In this document: positions 13,574 through 24,619 of the stretch, in pieces
Numbering within the stretch: the first letter of the stretch is position 1
Layout: every line of letters starts with the position of its first letter
From: Eledone cirrhosa
Lineage: Eukaryota
Assembly (NCBI GenBank): GCA_964016885.1
Contig: OZ024750.1
Coordinates: 52,576,001-52,640,000, forward strand
Length of the DNA: 64,000 nucleotides
Direction of reading: 5' to 3'
The notes under the pieces: model-generated
Database searches by the model: none
The model's input: the letters and a program-made list of their open reading frames with translations, nothing else
Told to the model about the DNA's origin: nothing
Program-made: the position numbers and the translations under genes

Positions 13574-13616
13574 ATCACTGAAGAAGTCACAGAATGTGTG
13601 ACGAAAGAACTTTGAC
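13574..13616 (+). ncRNA. Minimal type I hammerhead ribozyme in 3' pLTR
   Basis: AUCA-CUGAAGA-A-GUCACA(gaaug)UGUGAC-GAAA-GAAC-UU-UGAC, with one helix I mismatch relative to the other copy. Confidence 0.65.
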
Positions 13617-13758
13617 AATATATAAACAACCATCTGGTTGTGGAAGCAACCAACCAACCGGAAATTTATAAATTCCTAAATTTATAAATTTATTATAATA
13701 AATTGAAGTGAAAGCAACTGGTGCGTGTGTTTCTTATTGGCAACACGACCCTCCCAAA

Positions 13759-14428
13759 GTAACCCATTAGCAACCCCGCAGCACGTTTATTCTCATATTT
13801 ACATTTTTTTTTCCCCGCTGTTACCCGTCTATTTCGTTCTTACTGCTTCCTCTTTCTCTGTATCTTTACCCTCTCTAGCAGTCACTCTCTCTGTTAGCCT
13901 CTTCCTCACCCTTCACTCACTCATTCTCTGTTACTACCTCTCCTCCTCCTCCTCCTTCTTTCCGTTTGACCTGTGCGTAATTCTTTTCTTTCGCACCCTT
14001 CGTCAGGCAGGTCGCTTTTTTTCTCTCTCTCGTCTACGATTTCACAGAACTTACGTTCACCGAATTCACAGACTAGACCCCTTCTTCCTCCCGTTAGACC
14101 TGTACGGAATTCCTTCCTTGCTCACAGTCCAACCAGGTTTGATGGTCTTTATTCTCTCTCGTTCACGATTTCACAGAATTTAAATTCATAGAAATTTGGG
14201 ACTTGATTCCTTCTTCCTCACCTTTCGTTGCTTCACCATTTTTGTTTGTTTACACTCGTGTCCCCTTTACTTACGTGTCCCAACGACTTTTTTTAGCCGT
14301 TGCTCGCACCAACCGGAGGTATATGGTCTTTAAAGCGATGAAATACCAATGATGGTTGGAAGATCACTGATGAAGGACTAACTTTATTCATATGTAACCC
14401 ATTAGCAACCCCGCAGCACGTTTATTCT
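13759..14428. mobile_element. Unclassified ~635-bp non-coding insertion bounded by 35-bp direct repeats
   Basis: gtaacccattagcaaccccgcagcacgtttattct occurs at 13759-13793 and 14394-14428. There is also an internal diverged ~130-bp duplication (14023 and 14153). Confidence 0.55.
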
Positions 14429-14534
<106 letters not shown>

Positions 14535-14983
14535 TTTGTAACGAACACTATGTTGGTGCACCAATACTAACTAATTTTTAATATAAGCCAGGTCGGTGCA
14601 AATGAACTTCACCAGCTCAAATACGTAAGTGAGAAATCTAACATTCTAGCTTATTTTTGTCTCAGCTGGCACTGGGAAGATATGTAACCTTTACAACTGC
14701 CAACAAGCGAGAAACAATGTTGTCGGTTACTTCCCCTTGTTTTTACTGAGATTAAGGATGTGGGACGATGGTCACAATCTCAAAACAAATCATAACGGAA
14801 GGCTGTCAAATGTCTTTCACACACATACTGTATATTATTCGATATACAACACGTACATACATACATACATACATACATACATACATACATACATACATAC
14901 ATACATACATACATACATGATGATGGCTGCCCCCTCGTTATCGAGTATGGCCATTGCACGAGAAAAAAAAAAATAATAATAAT

Positions 14984-15162
14984 TGTTTCTACTTTAGGCA
15001 CAAGGCCAGCAATTACCCCAGTGCATTACTGGTACTTTATTTTATCGACCCCGTAAGGATGAAAGGCAAAGTCAACCTCGGCGGGATTTGAACTCAGATC
15101 GTAAAGGGACGTAACTATGCTGGAAAGCATGGCGTCCGACCCTCTACCGATACTGCCAATCC
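14984..15162 (-). mobile_element. tRNA-derived SINE, near full length
   Basis: A-box tggcagtatcggtag, B-box gttcaaatccc and conserved core gcctttcatccttacggggtcgataaaataaagtaccag. Nearly identical to 21326-21510. Confidence 0.85.
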
Positions 15163-15231
<69 letters not shown>

Positions 15232-15233
<2 letters not shown>

Positions 15234-15651
15234 AGACGGACAAAAAACTGGAACACAATAGACCTGACCTGGTGGTTGTGGACAAAGAAAAAAGATCGTG
15301 TCTGATTGTGGATGTGGCCTGCCCGTTCGACACGAGAGTGCAAGAGAAGGAGAGGGAGAAAATTAACCGATACCAGGACCTAAAGTGGGAGGTGAAAAGG
15401 ATTTGGAACTGCCATGAAGTCAAAGTGATCCCGATTGTCATAGGCGCACTGGGGACTATCTCCAAAGGTTTCCAGGGATGGTTAAAGAAAATCGGCCCCT
15501 TCACGCTTTTTGGAACGCTTCAAAAGGCATGCTTGCTTGGAACGGCAAGAACCCTCCGATACGTCCTGAATATCTGAAGCTGCAGGTAGTGGCTTGATAT
15601 TCAATCCAACGGACTTTCCAGTTAACCAACATCAATGACTGAGATTCAAGG
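15232..15651 (+). mobile_element. Dong/R4-clade non-LTR retrotransposon 3' fragment (restriction-like endonuclease) in (TAA)n
   Basis: NRPDLVVVDK...IVDVACPFD...EKINRYQDL...IPIVIGALG...LQKACLLGTAR, flanked on both sides by (TAA)n. Confidence 0.8.
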
Positions 15652-15663
15652 AATAACAATAAC

Positions 15664-15700
<37 letters not shown>

Positions 15701-15731
15701 TAAAAAAAAATATATATATATATATACATAT

Positions 15732-15796
<65 letters not shown>

Positions 15797-15955
15797 TACA
15801 CACACACATACATTAATAACAATAATAATAATAATAATAATAATAACAATAATAATAACGACAACAACAATAATAATATACATATACATATATATATATA
15901 CACACACACGCACACACATAAGCGTATCTACACACACACACACACACGATAACAA

Positions 15956-17425
15956 CTAACAGCGCTGCGATCGAATGTGGCTTTTTAGCCCAGCCAATGA
16001 TCTAAAATGTCTTGCACAGAGTCGGCAACCAAAACATTCACTGGGAATAGTCGGTTGTGGTTGGAGTTCGTGTACTTTTGCATGTCGCTTGAGCCCTCCT
16101 GCTGATTTACATTCTCTACTACATGTTTGGCAAGCATGATGGGTAGCATCTCCAACAGCAGCCTGGTAGTCAACCACTGGTCTTACTTTATGACTGCGAA
16201 GATGACTTTCGAGTCCAGCTTTGCTTAGGCAGAGTCTCGCACAGACGCTGCATGTCAGCACCATAGGAGGACCCTCGCCGTCTGGAAGTGCAACAGCAAT
16301 GCCCTTCCTCACATCCCGCTTTACTTTCTCGTATGCGATTCGAGATGCCTCAAAGGCAACTTTTCCCTCATATACAGTCTTTCTCCAGTAATATTCTCCC
16401 ATGTATCAGCAGAGATGTTAGCGTTTTTCAGAGAGGCTTTCAAGGAAACCTTATACCTCTTTTTTGGTTTATGTGGCGGTCGTTTTCCTTTAACCAACTC
16501 TCCATAAAAGAGTTGTTTTGGTATTCTAGAATCCTTCATCCTGGCAAGGTGACCACTCCAACGGAGTCGTTGCTTAAGCACAAGAGCTTCTATACTGTCA
16601 CACATAGAGCTTTCCAAAATCTCGACATCACTGATGTGGTCCCTCCAGTGAACGCCATGGATCCGTCTGAGACACATCTGATGGAAACGCTCCAATTGCT
16701 TAAGGTGGTGTCGATATGTGACCCAGGTCTCGCAGGCATAAAGAAGAGAAGAGAGCACACATGCCCTGTACACCGTTACCTTTGTCCTCCTGCATATGTC
16801 TCGCCGACCCCAGAGTCGCCTTTCTAGCTTTCCGAAAGCATCACTTGCTTTCCTAATCCTAAGTGAGATTTCACTGTCAAGGTTGCTGTATCGATTGACA
16901 TTGCTTCCCAGGTAGACAAACTGATCAACCACTCCAAGTCGTTTGCCATACACATAGATGTTTGGTTCAGTGTACTGCTTGCCAGGGGCAGGTTGGTACA
17001 TGACGACGGTTTTCTTGAGACTGACAGTCAGACCTAGGGCAGTGCAAGCGTCAGAAAATGCATTCAAAATGTGCTGCATATCACTCTCTGTGTGCGCTAC
17101 AAGATCGAATCATCTGCATACAAGAGGTCTCTCATGATTGATGTAAACACTTTTGTCTTCGCAGCAAAGCGCCTGATGTTAAATATGCTGCCTGAGGTTC
17201 GATATCGGATGTAAACACCATGCTCGCAATTCCTGAATGCAATACAGAAAACCATTGCAAAGTATATGGCAAACAGGGTCGGTGCTGGAATATCCCCCTG
17301 CTTCACTCCATTTTTTACTGAGATAGGCTCCGACATGTTACCCCCGACATTAACCCAAGCCTTCATGTCGTCATGGAAAGACCTAACTAAAGCAAGGAAC
17401 TTATCAGGGCAACCAAGTTTCTGGA
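15956..17425 (-). mobile_element. RTE-clade LINE, 5'-truncated, RT plus C-terminal C2H2 zinc fingers (frameshifted)
   Basis: GVKQGDIPAPTLF, LLYADD, FVYLGS, LLYACETW and RLRWSGHLARM, followed by three Cx2Cx12Hx3(H) fingers in 15956-16402. Confidence 0.9.
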
Positions 17426-18030
17426 CATACATACATACATACATACATACATACATACATGGTGGCTGCCAACTCGTTTTCGAGTACGGCCACTACTTTA
17501 TATCCATGTAGGAGAACCCTTACCGATGCGCTGAACGGGTGTAACTTTTTAGTCCAGCCAGCGACTTGAAAACTCTGGTACAAACACTACACTTGTGTCA
17601 ATTATTGACACACAGTGTTGGACCCATGGTACCATGTGACGACAAGTGCAGAGAGATCTCCAGATATAAAGCAATGCTTGTGCCGTGAAGCTTTTATAGT
17701 GAGCAAAGGCACTGCACAAAGCCAGTCCCACTTTCTCAACCAAGATGATATTTACCAAAAAGAAGAACAAGTCAACATCATTGGATACCATCAGGGTTGC
17801 AGGTGTTATATCAGAGTTTTCCTTCTCCTAGAATTCTGCCTTAACAAAGACTAAGGGTTCATCTCTCCCGGTGATTTTGGATGGCCATTGATTCTTAAGA
17901 GCTCCTTTGCCCTTTGACAGGTTTTGTTTTTAGTCCTGCAGGATGTCCAAAGTCACCCTCCTCACCAAGAAACCTTGGTGAGGTTGCCAGTTTAGTCGTC
18001 AACGACCCGACCATAAGACAGGTTGTACTA
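17426..18030 (-). mobile_element. Non-autonomous RTE-derived element (5'UTR + 3' tail) bounded by (TACA)n
   Basis: Contains TTCTAGGAGAAGGAAAACTCTGATATAA and ends ...CTCGAAAACGAGTTGGCAGCCACC(ATGT)n, the same tail type as 14855-14960. Confidence 0.55.
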
Positions 18031-18064
18031 CATACATACATACATACATACATACATACATACA

Positions 18065-18095
<31 letters not shown>

Positions 18096-18662
18096 GTGTG
18101 TGTCAATACTATCTCCCTTACCTTCTCTTCCTTTTTAGAGTCCTACTTTGGATGTTTCCAAGCATGTCTGGAACACTGGGCAGGAGGTATCAAAATATCT
18201 ATTTGTGTACTTACGTTTGCCTATCAAAACTTTGATAACGATATCTCCTAGATGTATTTTTATCTCGTTATCCCAGATTATCGAAGTCATTGTCACATAC
18301 CACGTCTAACTGGTGCTTACGGTATTTATTTTCAGTTTCCCCGTTGAAGTGTCAGTATTTTTGTTAAATACATACCTACACACACACACACACACATAGC
18401 TAGATACATGCATACATAAATTATAGGTTATCTCTCCGGATGATATATTTGTGAAAATCCAATCAATTGATGCGGCTAATTAAAAACGATGTTGCTTAGT
18501 CATGAAGTAGGGCAGTGGCCATGATTTTTACAGAGCCCTGGGCCCGTCTGCACGCAGTAGAGCGGGTCCCACTAAAGACACCTAGGTAGGGGTACTAAAT
18601 TGGTTATGACCACCCAAGTAGGCCATAGCGTGATTTGAACTCAGAATGCAAAGAGCCAGAAT

Positions 18663-21305
18663 CCCTAAGGGAGCTCGGAATAGCTTTGCACGTGCCCTCT
18701 CTAATTTACTGAAAAACGTTTGCTCGTCCAACAATAGGTCTGACTGGCAGAAATTGTTTTTGTTTCCCCTCATCTCTCTTCACGTGCACAATGCGAATTC
18801 GGGTTCCCTCACGTCCTCTCTCAAGTGGCAGTTCCAGCTGTTTGAGTCCACCCCAGCCACGTCTCATCTCAGTTCGATATCGAGCTCGGTGTCCACCAAC
18901 AGACAACCGGTAGACCTCAAGCGAGCGGTCAATGCCAAATTCAGCGAATTTGACATTAAAGGGGCTGTCCGTCTCCTCTCTTCTCTGTCCTCCCTTGCTC
19001 CGTGCAACTCTGATTCTCTTGAGCGACTGAAAGAGAAGCACCCATCGGCACCCCCAGGTGATCAGCTACACTGGCCCGAACCACCAAAATACTTGAGACC
19101 GGTTTACACCACCGATATCATCAGAAAGCGATTTCATCCTTCCCCGCTGGGTCAGGCGCGGGAATTGACGGCCTTCGTCCTCAACACCTCAAGGATGGTA
19201 TCTTCTTATCGGCCGGTGACGCCGGACTCGAGCTTTTGGAGAGTCTGACTCAGTTCTCTTCAGTTAACGTTCTCCCGTTCATCCGCCCACTGTTCTTCGG
19301 TGCGAAGCTATTTGGTCTCACCAAGCTCAACAGACCTGCACCCCATTGCGGTTGGCTGCACTCTTCGCCGCCTCACTCCAAAGGCGTGTTTGCTGTTGGT
19401 CTCCGACTCACTGGCGGAGGAATGTTCCCCCATCCAGCTGGGGGTGGGTACCAGGTTGGGATATGAGGCTGCTGTCCACGCTGCCAGAGCATTTACCAAC
19501 TTGCCCTCCTCGACCCCCCAAGGTCATCCTCAAACCTCAGGAATGCCTTCAACTCCGTCAGCCGCGACATCGTCCTCGGCTCAGTAAGAGAGAGGGTTCC
19601 ACAACTCTACCACTTTGCTTGGCAGGCTTATCGGAGCCCTCCTACCTCTCTTTCGGTGACCAGATCATCACCTCTGCCTCAGGAGTCCAACAGGGTGACC
19701 CACTCGGGCCCGCACTGTTTTCACTGAGCATTGATGACGTCACCAAGATGGGGGATGAGTTGGACTGCAATGTCTGGTACCTCGACGACGCCTGTTTGGA
19801 GGGAACTCCGGATATAGTTCTTGCCACTGCCAACAGGATGGTGGAGGAGCTTGGCCGCCGGAGTCTTCAGATCAATAGCTCCAAATGTGAGCTCTGGATC
19901 CTCAACCATCCGGCTTCTCAACACCAACAGCTGATCGACCTGTTCGCAGAGTCCTTCCCTTCCATCACGGTCCCTCACCCGTCGGCTTGGTGCTCCTTAG
20001 GAGCCCCAATCACAGACCTGGCCTTCGAGTCAACCATCCAATCGAAGATGGTTGGCCTTGAGCAGCTGCTGAGGAATATCGAAGTTATCGAACCCCACCA
20101 AGGTTTCTTCATACTCAGGAACTACCTGTCTATTCCTAAGCTCAGGGTCAGCCCCTTTCACAGATTTCTGTCCTGCCTCCAACGCTTCGACGACCTAATC
20201 TTCGAGAGACTCGAGTGTCTGGTCAATGTTAGACTCTCTCCGGAGTCCCGCGATCAGGCTGCGTTGCTCAAGCGATTTTGGGGGTCTTAGTCTTCGTAAG
20301 TGTTCGTCCCTCTCTCTACTCCACCCTGGTGAGCAACATCCTCTCCTCTCCAACATGGACTAGTTCCAACAGGGAGTTGGGTGAAGCTCTCCAGCAATGG
20401 AGTGAATTGGGCTTGTCTCTTCCTGAGAAGGTGGAGGACAGTCGAAATCAGAGAGCTTGGGACAGCATAAGTTCGAAGGCCACCTTCGACTCCCTCTTCG
20501 TCCAGTCAGATCAGTTTGCAAGGTGCCGCTTACTATCTGCCAGCGCCAAATACTCAGGCGACTGAGTCGATACCCTACCCGTGGCCAACGTTGGTGGCCT
20601 ACTCAGCCTGGACGAACTTCGTGTCTCCATCGCCCGCAGAGTGGGAACTGACGTCTGCATGGGTTTGAGGTGCCGATGCGGCAAACTCCTCGACTCTACA
20701 GGCCTCCACGGTCTTTCTTGCCGGCCGCTTCGCGCGTCACACGGAGCTAAACCTCATTCTGAAGAGAGCTTTGGCCCGGGCGAATATCCCCTCAGTCTTG
20801 GAACCATCTGGGTTGTCCAGAAGTGACGGCAAAAGACCTGACGGTCTTACCCTGTGTCCCTGTTCGAGAGGTAGGTGCCTTGTCTGGGACGTCACTGTTA
20901 GTGACTCTTTTGCTCTTTCCCACATCCTGGATGCTGCGGTTAGGACGAGAGCCACAGCTTCTGCAGCCAAGCGGAGTAAGACCCTCAAATACTCTGATCT
21001 GTCGGCCAGTTACATTTTTCAGCCTGTGGCTTTCGAGACGTTTGGGGGAGTCGGGCCGCTGACTGCGAGGTTCCTTTCCTTACTGGCGGCTCGCCTAATA
21101 GAAGTTACTGGCGAATCTCGCTGGGTGCTTGGCTGTTTCAGCGCATCAGCCTCGCCATCACCCGAGGCAACGCTGCGAGTGTGCTGGCTTGCCTCAAAAA
21201 TCATTAGAGAGGTTGCCCAGTACTCGCGACGTTGCTGTCTTTTTCTCTGGTGTTGGCTCCGTTGTTCACGCCTTCCTTTACATTTTCTTTAATATTGTAA
21301 CATTA
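18663..21305 (+). mobile_element. CRE-clade non-LTR retrotransposon (RT + zinc knuckle + restriction-like endonuclease), frameshifted, 5'-truncated
   Basis: HPIAVGCTLRRL, QLGVG..GYEAAVHA, GVQQGDPLGPALF, WYLDD, CRCG..GLHGLSC, KRPDGLTL..WDVTV and KY..FQPVAFETFG. Flanked by aaagagccagaat at 18650-18662 and 21306-21318. Confidence 0.85.
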
Positions 21306-21325
21306 AAAGAGCCAGAATAAATACT

Positions 21326-21510
21326 TGTTTCTACTTTAGGCACAAGGCCAGCAATTACCCAGTGCATTACTGGTACTTTATTTTATCGACCCCGTAAGGA
21401 TGAAAGGCAAAGTCAACCTCGGCGGGATTTGAACTTAGATCGTAAAGGGACGTAACTATGCTTGAAAGCATGGCGTCCGACCCTCTACCGATACTGCCAA
21501 TCCACCACCC
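21326..21510 (-). mobile_element. Full-length young tRNA-derived SINE with 18-bp TSD
   Basis: TSD agagccagaataaatact at 21308-21325 and 21511-21528. A and B boxes are intact. Confidence 0.9.
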
Positions 21511-22318
21511 AGAGCCAGAATAAATACTAGAAGACAATTTGATCCAACGTTCGACAACTCCACCAAGTTACTGCCTTGATCAACTGATCTTATCCATCTT
21601 TTACATATTTTAAACACCTGGTAGATTGTTTTTGTCTAGTTTTTGCATAGACAGTCACGGCTAATCAAAATTTTTCCCTTCGATATTGCATATGTTAACC
21701 GCTATTGTATGTCTAAGATATTTACATTGTAGAACACTCCTACGAAAAATTTTCCATTCGACTATATTGTGCTTAGAAAGGAGAGTGAATAAATGAATAC
21801 TGGGTTGTTTCCCCTTAACTTAACAAATTACCGAATTTATTTAGCAACACAAACTGAGACCAGAACAAGGGTAGAGAACTAGGTTGACATGAACCTACAA
21901 TTTTGTGAGAGCCTACACACCTTAACATTTAGCTCTGTAATTCATGTATATGTTGTATACCTGTAACCTATACATAAGTCGTGTATTTAACACGGATTAC
22001 TAAAAATCAGGAGGGGTGGGTGGCGTGGTCCCGCCTAAGCAAGGATAGTGATGAGATTGCAGAACCTCTGTCCAGAGGAACAGACTGCCGCTGTGTCTTT
22101 TAATGTACTGAAATATGGGTGATGGTGAACGTAGTAGGATACTCAATGTGTAGAGTATATATATAGTATTTTCTAATCTATCTACTTGTACTCCACATGA
22201 TGAAGGACTAATGTCCAATTCCTTGAACTTTCTGTCATCCAAAGCGTGAACCTAATAACACTAATTATTTTTGTATGTGTTTGTCATTTATATATATGTA
22301 TGTATTTGTCATAAGCAC

Positions 22319-22580
22319 CTAGTCCACCTTGTAAGAGGATGTGTACTCGAACCTGTGCATTGGCCACATATAAAACCTGTTCTTTGATAGCCTGTCTGTG
22401 ATCCCACTACATTTCTTATGTACCCATTTGGGACATAGAATGGAATTTCTACCTACCTCTTTCCTGCACACTGAGCAAGGTAATTTCCCAGAAGGAATCT
22501 GGCCTCTATTTTCCTTTCTACATACTAGAACTTTATTCTTTGACAAGTTAACTTTAAGACCGTTTGATTCTAGGCCATCC
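22319..22580 (-). mobile_element. RTE LINE fragment (PHD-like cysteine-rich insert region)
   Basis: GKLPCSVCRKEVGRNSILCPKWVHKKCSG, same family as 61510-63598. Confidence 0.8.
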
Positions 22581-23024
22581 TTCCATATATATATATATCA
22601 TCACCATCATCATCGTTTAACGTCCATCTTCCATGCTAGGCAGGAAATTAACTACTTTTCATGGCCGGCAGCAGAACAATTTTTGTAACTAATTAAGAAA
22701 AGATTGTCCCCCTATATTTTGTATTATTTCACATATCCTAGTGTGGAAGATGGAGGTTAAATGATGATGATGATGATGATATCCTATTGTGGAAGATGGA
22801 AGTTAAACGATGATGATGATGATGTAAATATATCAGTCTATCAACAGTATTGTAACTTAGCATTATAATGTCCCACCACCCTTTTGGCCCACTCACGATA
22901 TAATGGCTTTTTTGAGACCCCTGGGTTACATGATGTTTTGGTCAATTATATTCAGGGTTCTGTGACAGTTTAGAAAACATTGCCCTAGTATCTTAAATAT
23001 TAGAGGATGTTAGTTCCAATGACG

Positions 23025-23272
23025 AGTAGTGGCTGAGTATTCCACAAACATGTGTACCCTTAATCTAGATCTTCGGGAGATTCAGTGTGACACAGTGTGT
23101 GACAAGGCTGGCCCTTTAAATTTCAGGTACAGCTCATATTTTCCAGCTGAGTGGACTGGAACAATGTGAAATAAAGTGGATTGTTCAAGGACTCAGAGCA
23201 ACACTGGGAATCAAACTCACAAGCTTATGATTGTCAGCAGAATACTCTAACCAATAAACCATGTGCCTTCAC
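23025..23272 (-). mobile_element. Older SINE of a second family
   Basis: ccagctgagtggactggaacaatgtgaaataaagtg...caagga motif. Related remnants occur at 28420-28655 and 52245-52350. Confidence 0.6.
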
Positions 23273-23405
23273 ATATTGAAGAATATACACTGAACAATGT
23301 AGTTCTGGAGATACAAAAAAATGGGATGGTCATGGCTGGAAAACCTTTATATATGTTCACTCAAGGCTGACTTGGGGCTAAACAACAACAACAATAATAT
23401 AGAGT

Positions 23406-23415
23406 TTTATTTATT
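23406..23415 (-). terminator. Candidate ALKBH3 polyadenylation signal (overlapping AATAAA)
   Basis: tttatttatt on the plus strand, about 290 nt downstream of the stop codon. Confidence 0.4.
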
Positions 23416-23704
23416 CAGTAAATCTTTCTTAAAAGTTCAAACATTGACAAATAAAACTTCATAAAGTAACCAGATCCTTTGGATATGGATTAATTGGAAT
23501 AAATTTAAATAAACTTCCAGAGAATTCCAGAGAATCCATCATGACAATTTTGACAAAGATGACATGTTTACATTTTAAATAAGGAGAGAATTAAAAAGAT
23601 GAGGACTTGGTTGGATATAAACTCAAATATAAAGTAGTTGACAGCTCAGTTTTAATAACAGCATCGAGGTGCCATGAGTAATTACTATTATATCACAGAA
23701 TATT

Positions 23705-23779
23705 TTATCCTGGAATAGTCAGTCGAAAAGTAAGGTTAATCCTGGCTCCACGCTCATGGTACTCCTTTGGAACTCGATG
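23705..23779 (-). CDS. ALKBH3: ALKBH3 coding exon 7 (last): HRVPKEYHERGARINLTFRLTIPG*
   Basis: Acceptor ccttcag. Contains the distal Fe-binding His and the RxNLTFR 2-oxoglutarate motif; TAA at 23707-23705. Confidence 0.93.
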   Translation of the reverse strand, partial: HRVPKEYHERGARINLTFRLTIPG

Positions 23780-24619
23780 CTGAAGGAGGAGGAGAAGAAT
23801 ACACAGTAAATATTTCAATGATAGTTTGTACAGATAATGGTTTTTAAATATGTTGGACATAAACTATGTGATATAGTGTAACTATTCTAAATCCTGCCAT
23901 TTGTACATATATGCTGAACATGTAAGTATATATTCAAATATAAATCGACCCCAATATTTTATGTCTGAGAAATGGGAAAAAATCCAAACCTTATTTACAC
24001 AGAGTTTGAAGTTGATGAAAATTGTCAAAATATCGACCCCAAACATAAGCTGCTCCCCCCCCCCCCCGATTATTTGGTCATATATTCCTTGGCTTATATT
24101 CTAGTATATATGGTGTATCTTAAAAATAAATTATTAAAATATCGTTCTTGTCTTTAATCACTCCCTTGTCAGTAATCAACATAAATTGAAAACACAACTT
24201 TCTCAGTGTATCACTGTTCATCCTCACCATTATTTAATGTCCATTTCCCTGCTAGCAAGAGTTAGAGAGGTCATCTGAAGTTACTGACCTATCAGACAAA
24301 ACAGGGGCCTGCTTGTTGTTTACATTCATGCACCAGGTGTATTTTATTGTGGCACCAGCACTAGAAAGGTTGTCTTTGACACAGTTGAAAACTCCTTTGT
24401 TTGGCAGGTCTTCCACAGCTGGATGTCCAACCTATTACCAACCACTTTACAGAGTTCACTTGGTGCACCAACACTAGAGAGGTTGCTATGTCATGAACAG
24501 GATAGGGTCCTCTCAATCCATTTTAGCATGGTTTTGATGGCTGGAAGCCCTTCCTAACACGATTTTACAGAGTGTACCGTGAGGCCAGCACTATCTGGTA
24601 ATCTTGGTATATGTGGAAA

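Larger units (their letters stand above)
9951..13761 (+). mobile_element. Penelope-like retroelement (Naiad-type), 5'-truncated, with inverted pseudo-LTR copy
   Basis: 9951-10231 is the reverse complement of 13478-13761. The body encodes RT and GIY-YIG domains, and both repeats contain a hammerhead motif. Confidence 0.9.

Noticed and set aside
17880-18025. Possible HDV-like or twister ribozyme at the 5' end of the RTE-derived element
   Set aside because: Only a simple hairpin (cctcaccaag/cttggtgagg) is evident. I could not build the required pseudoknot by eye.
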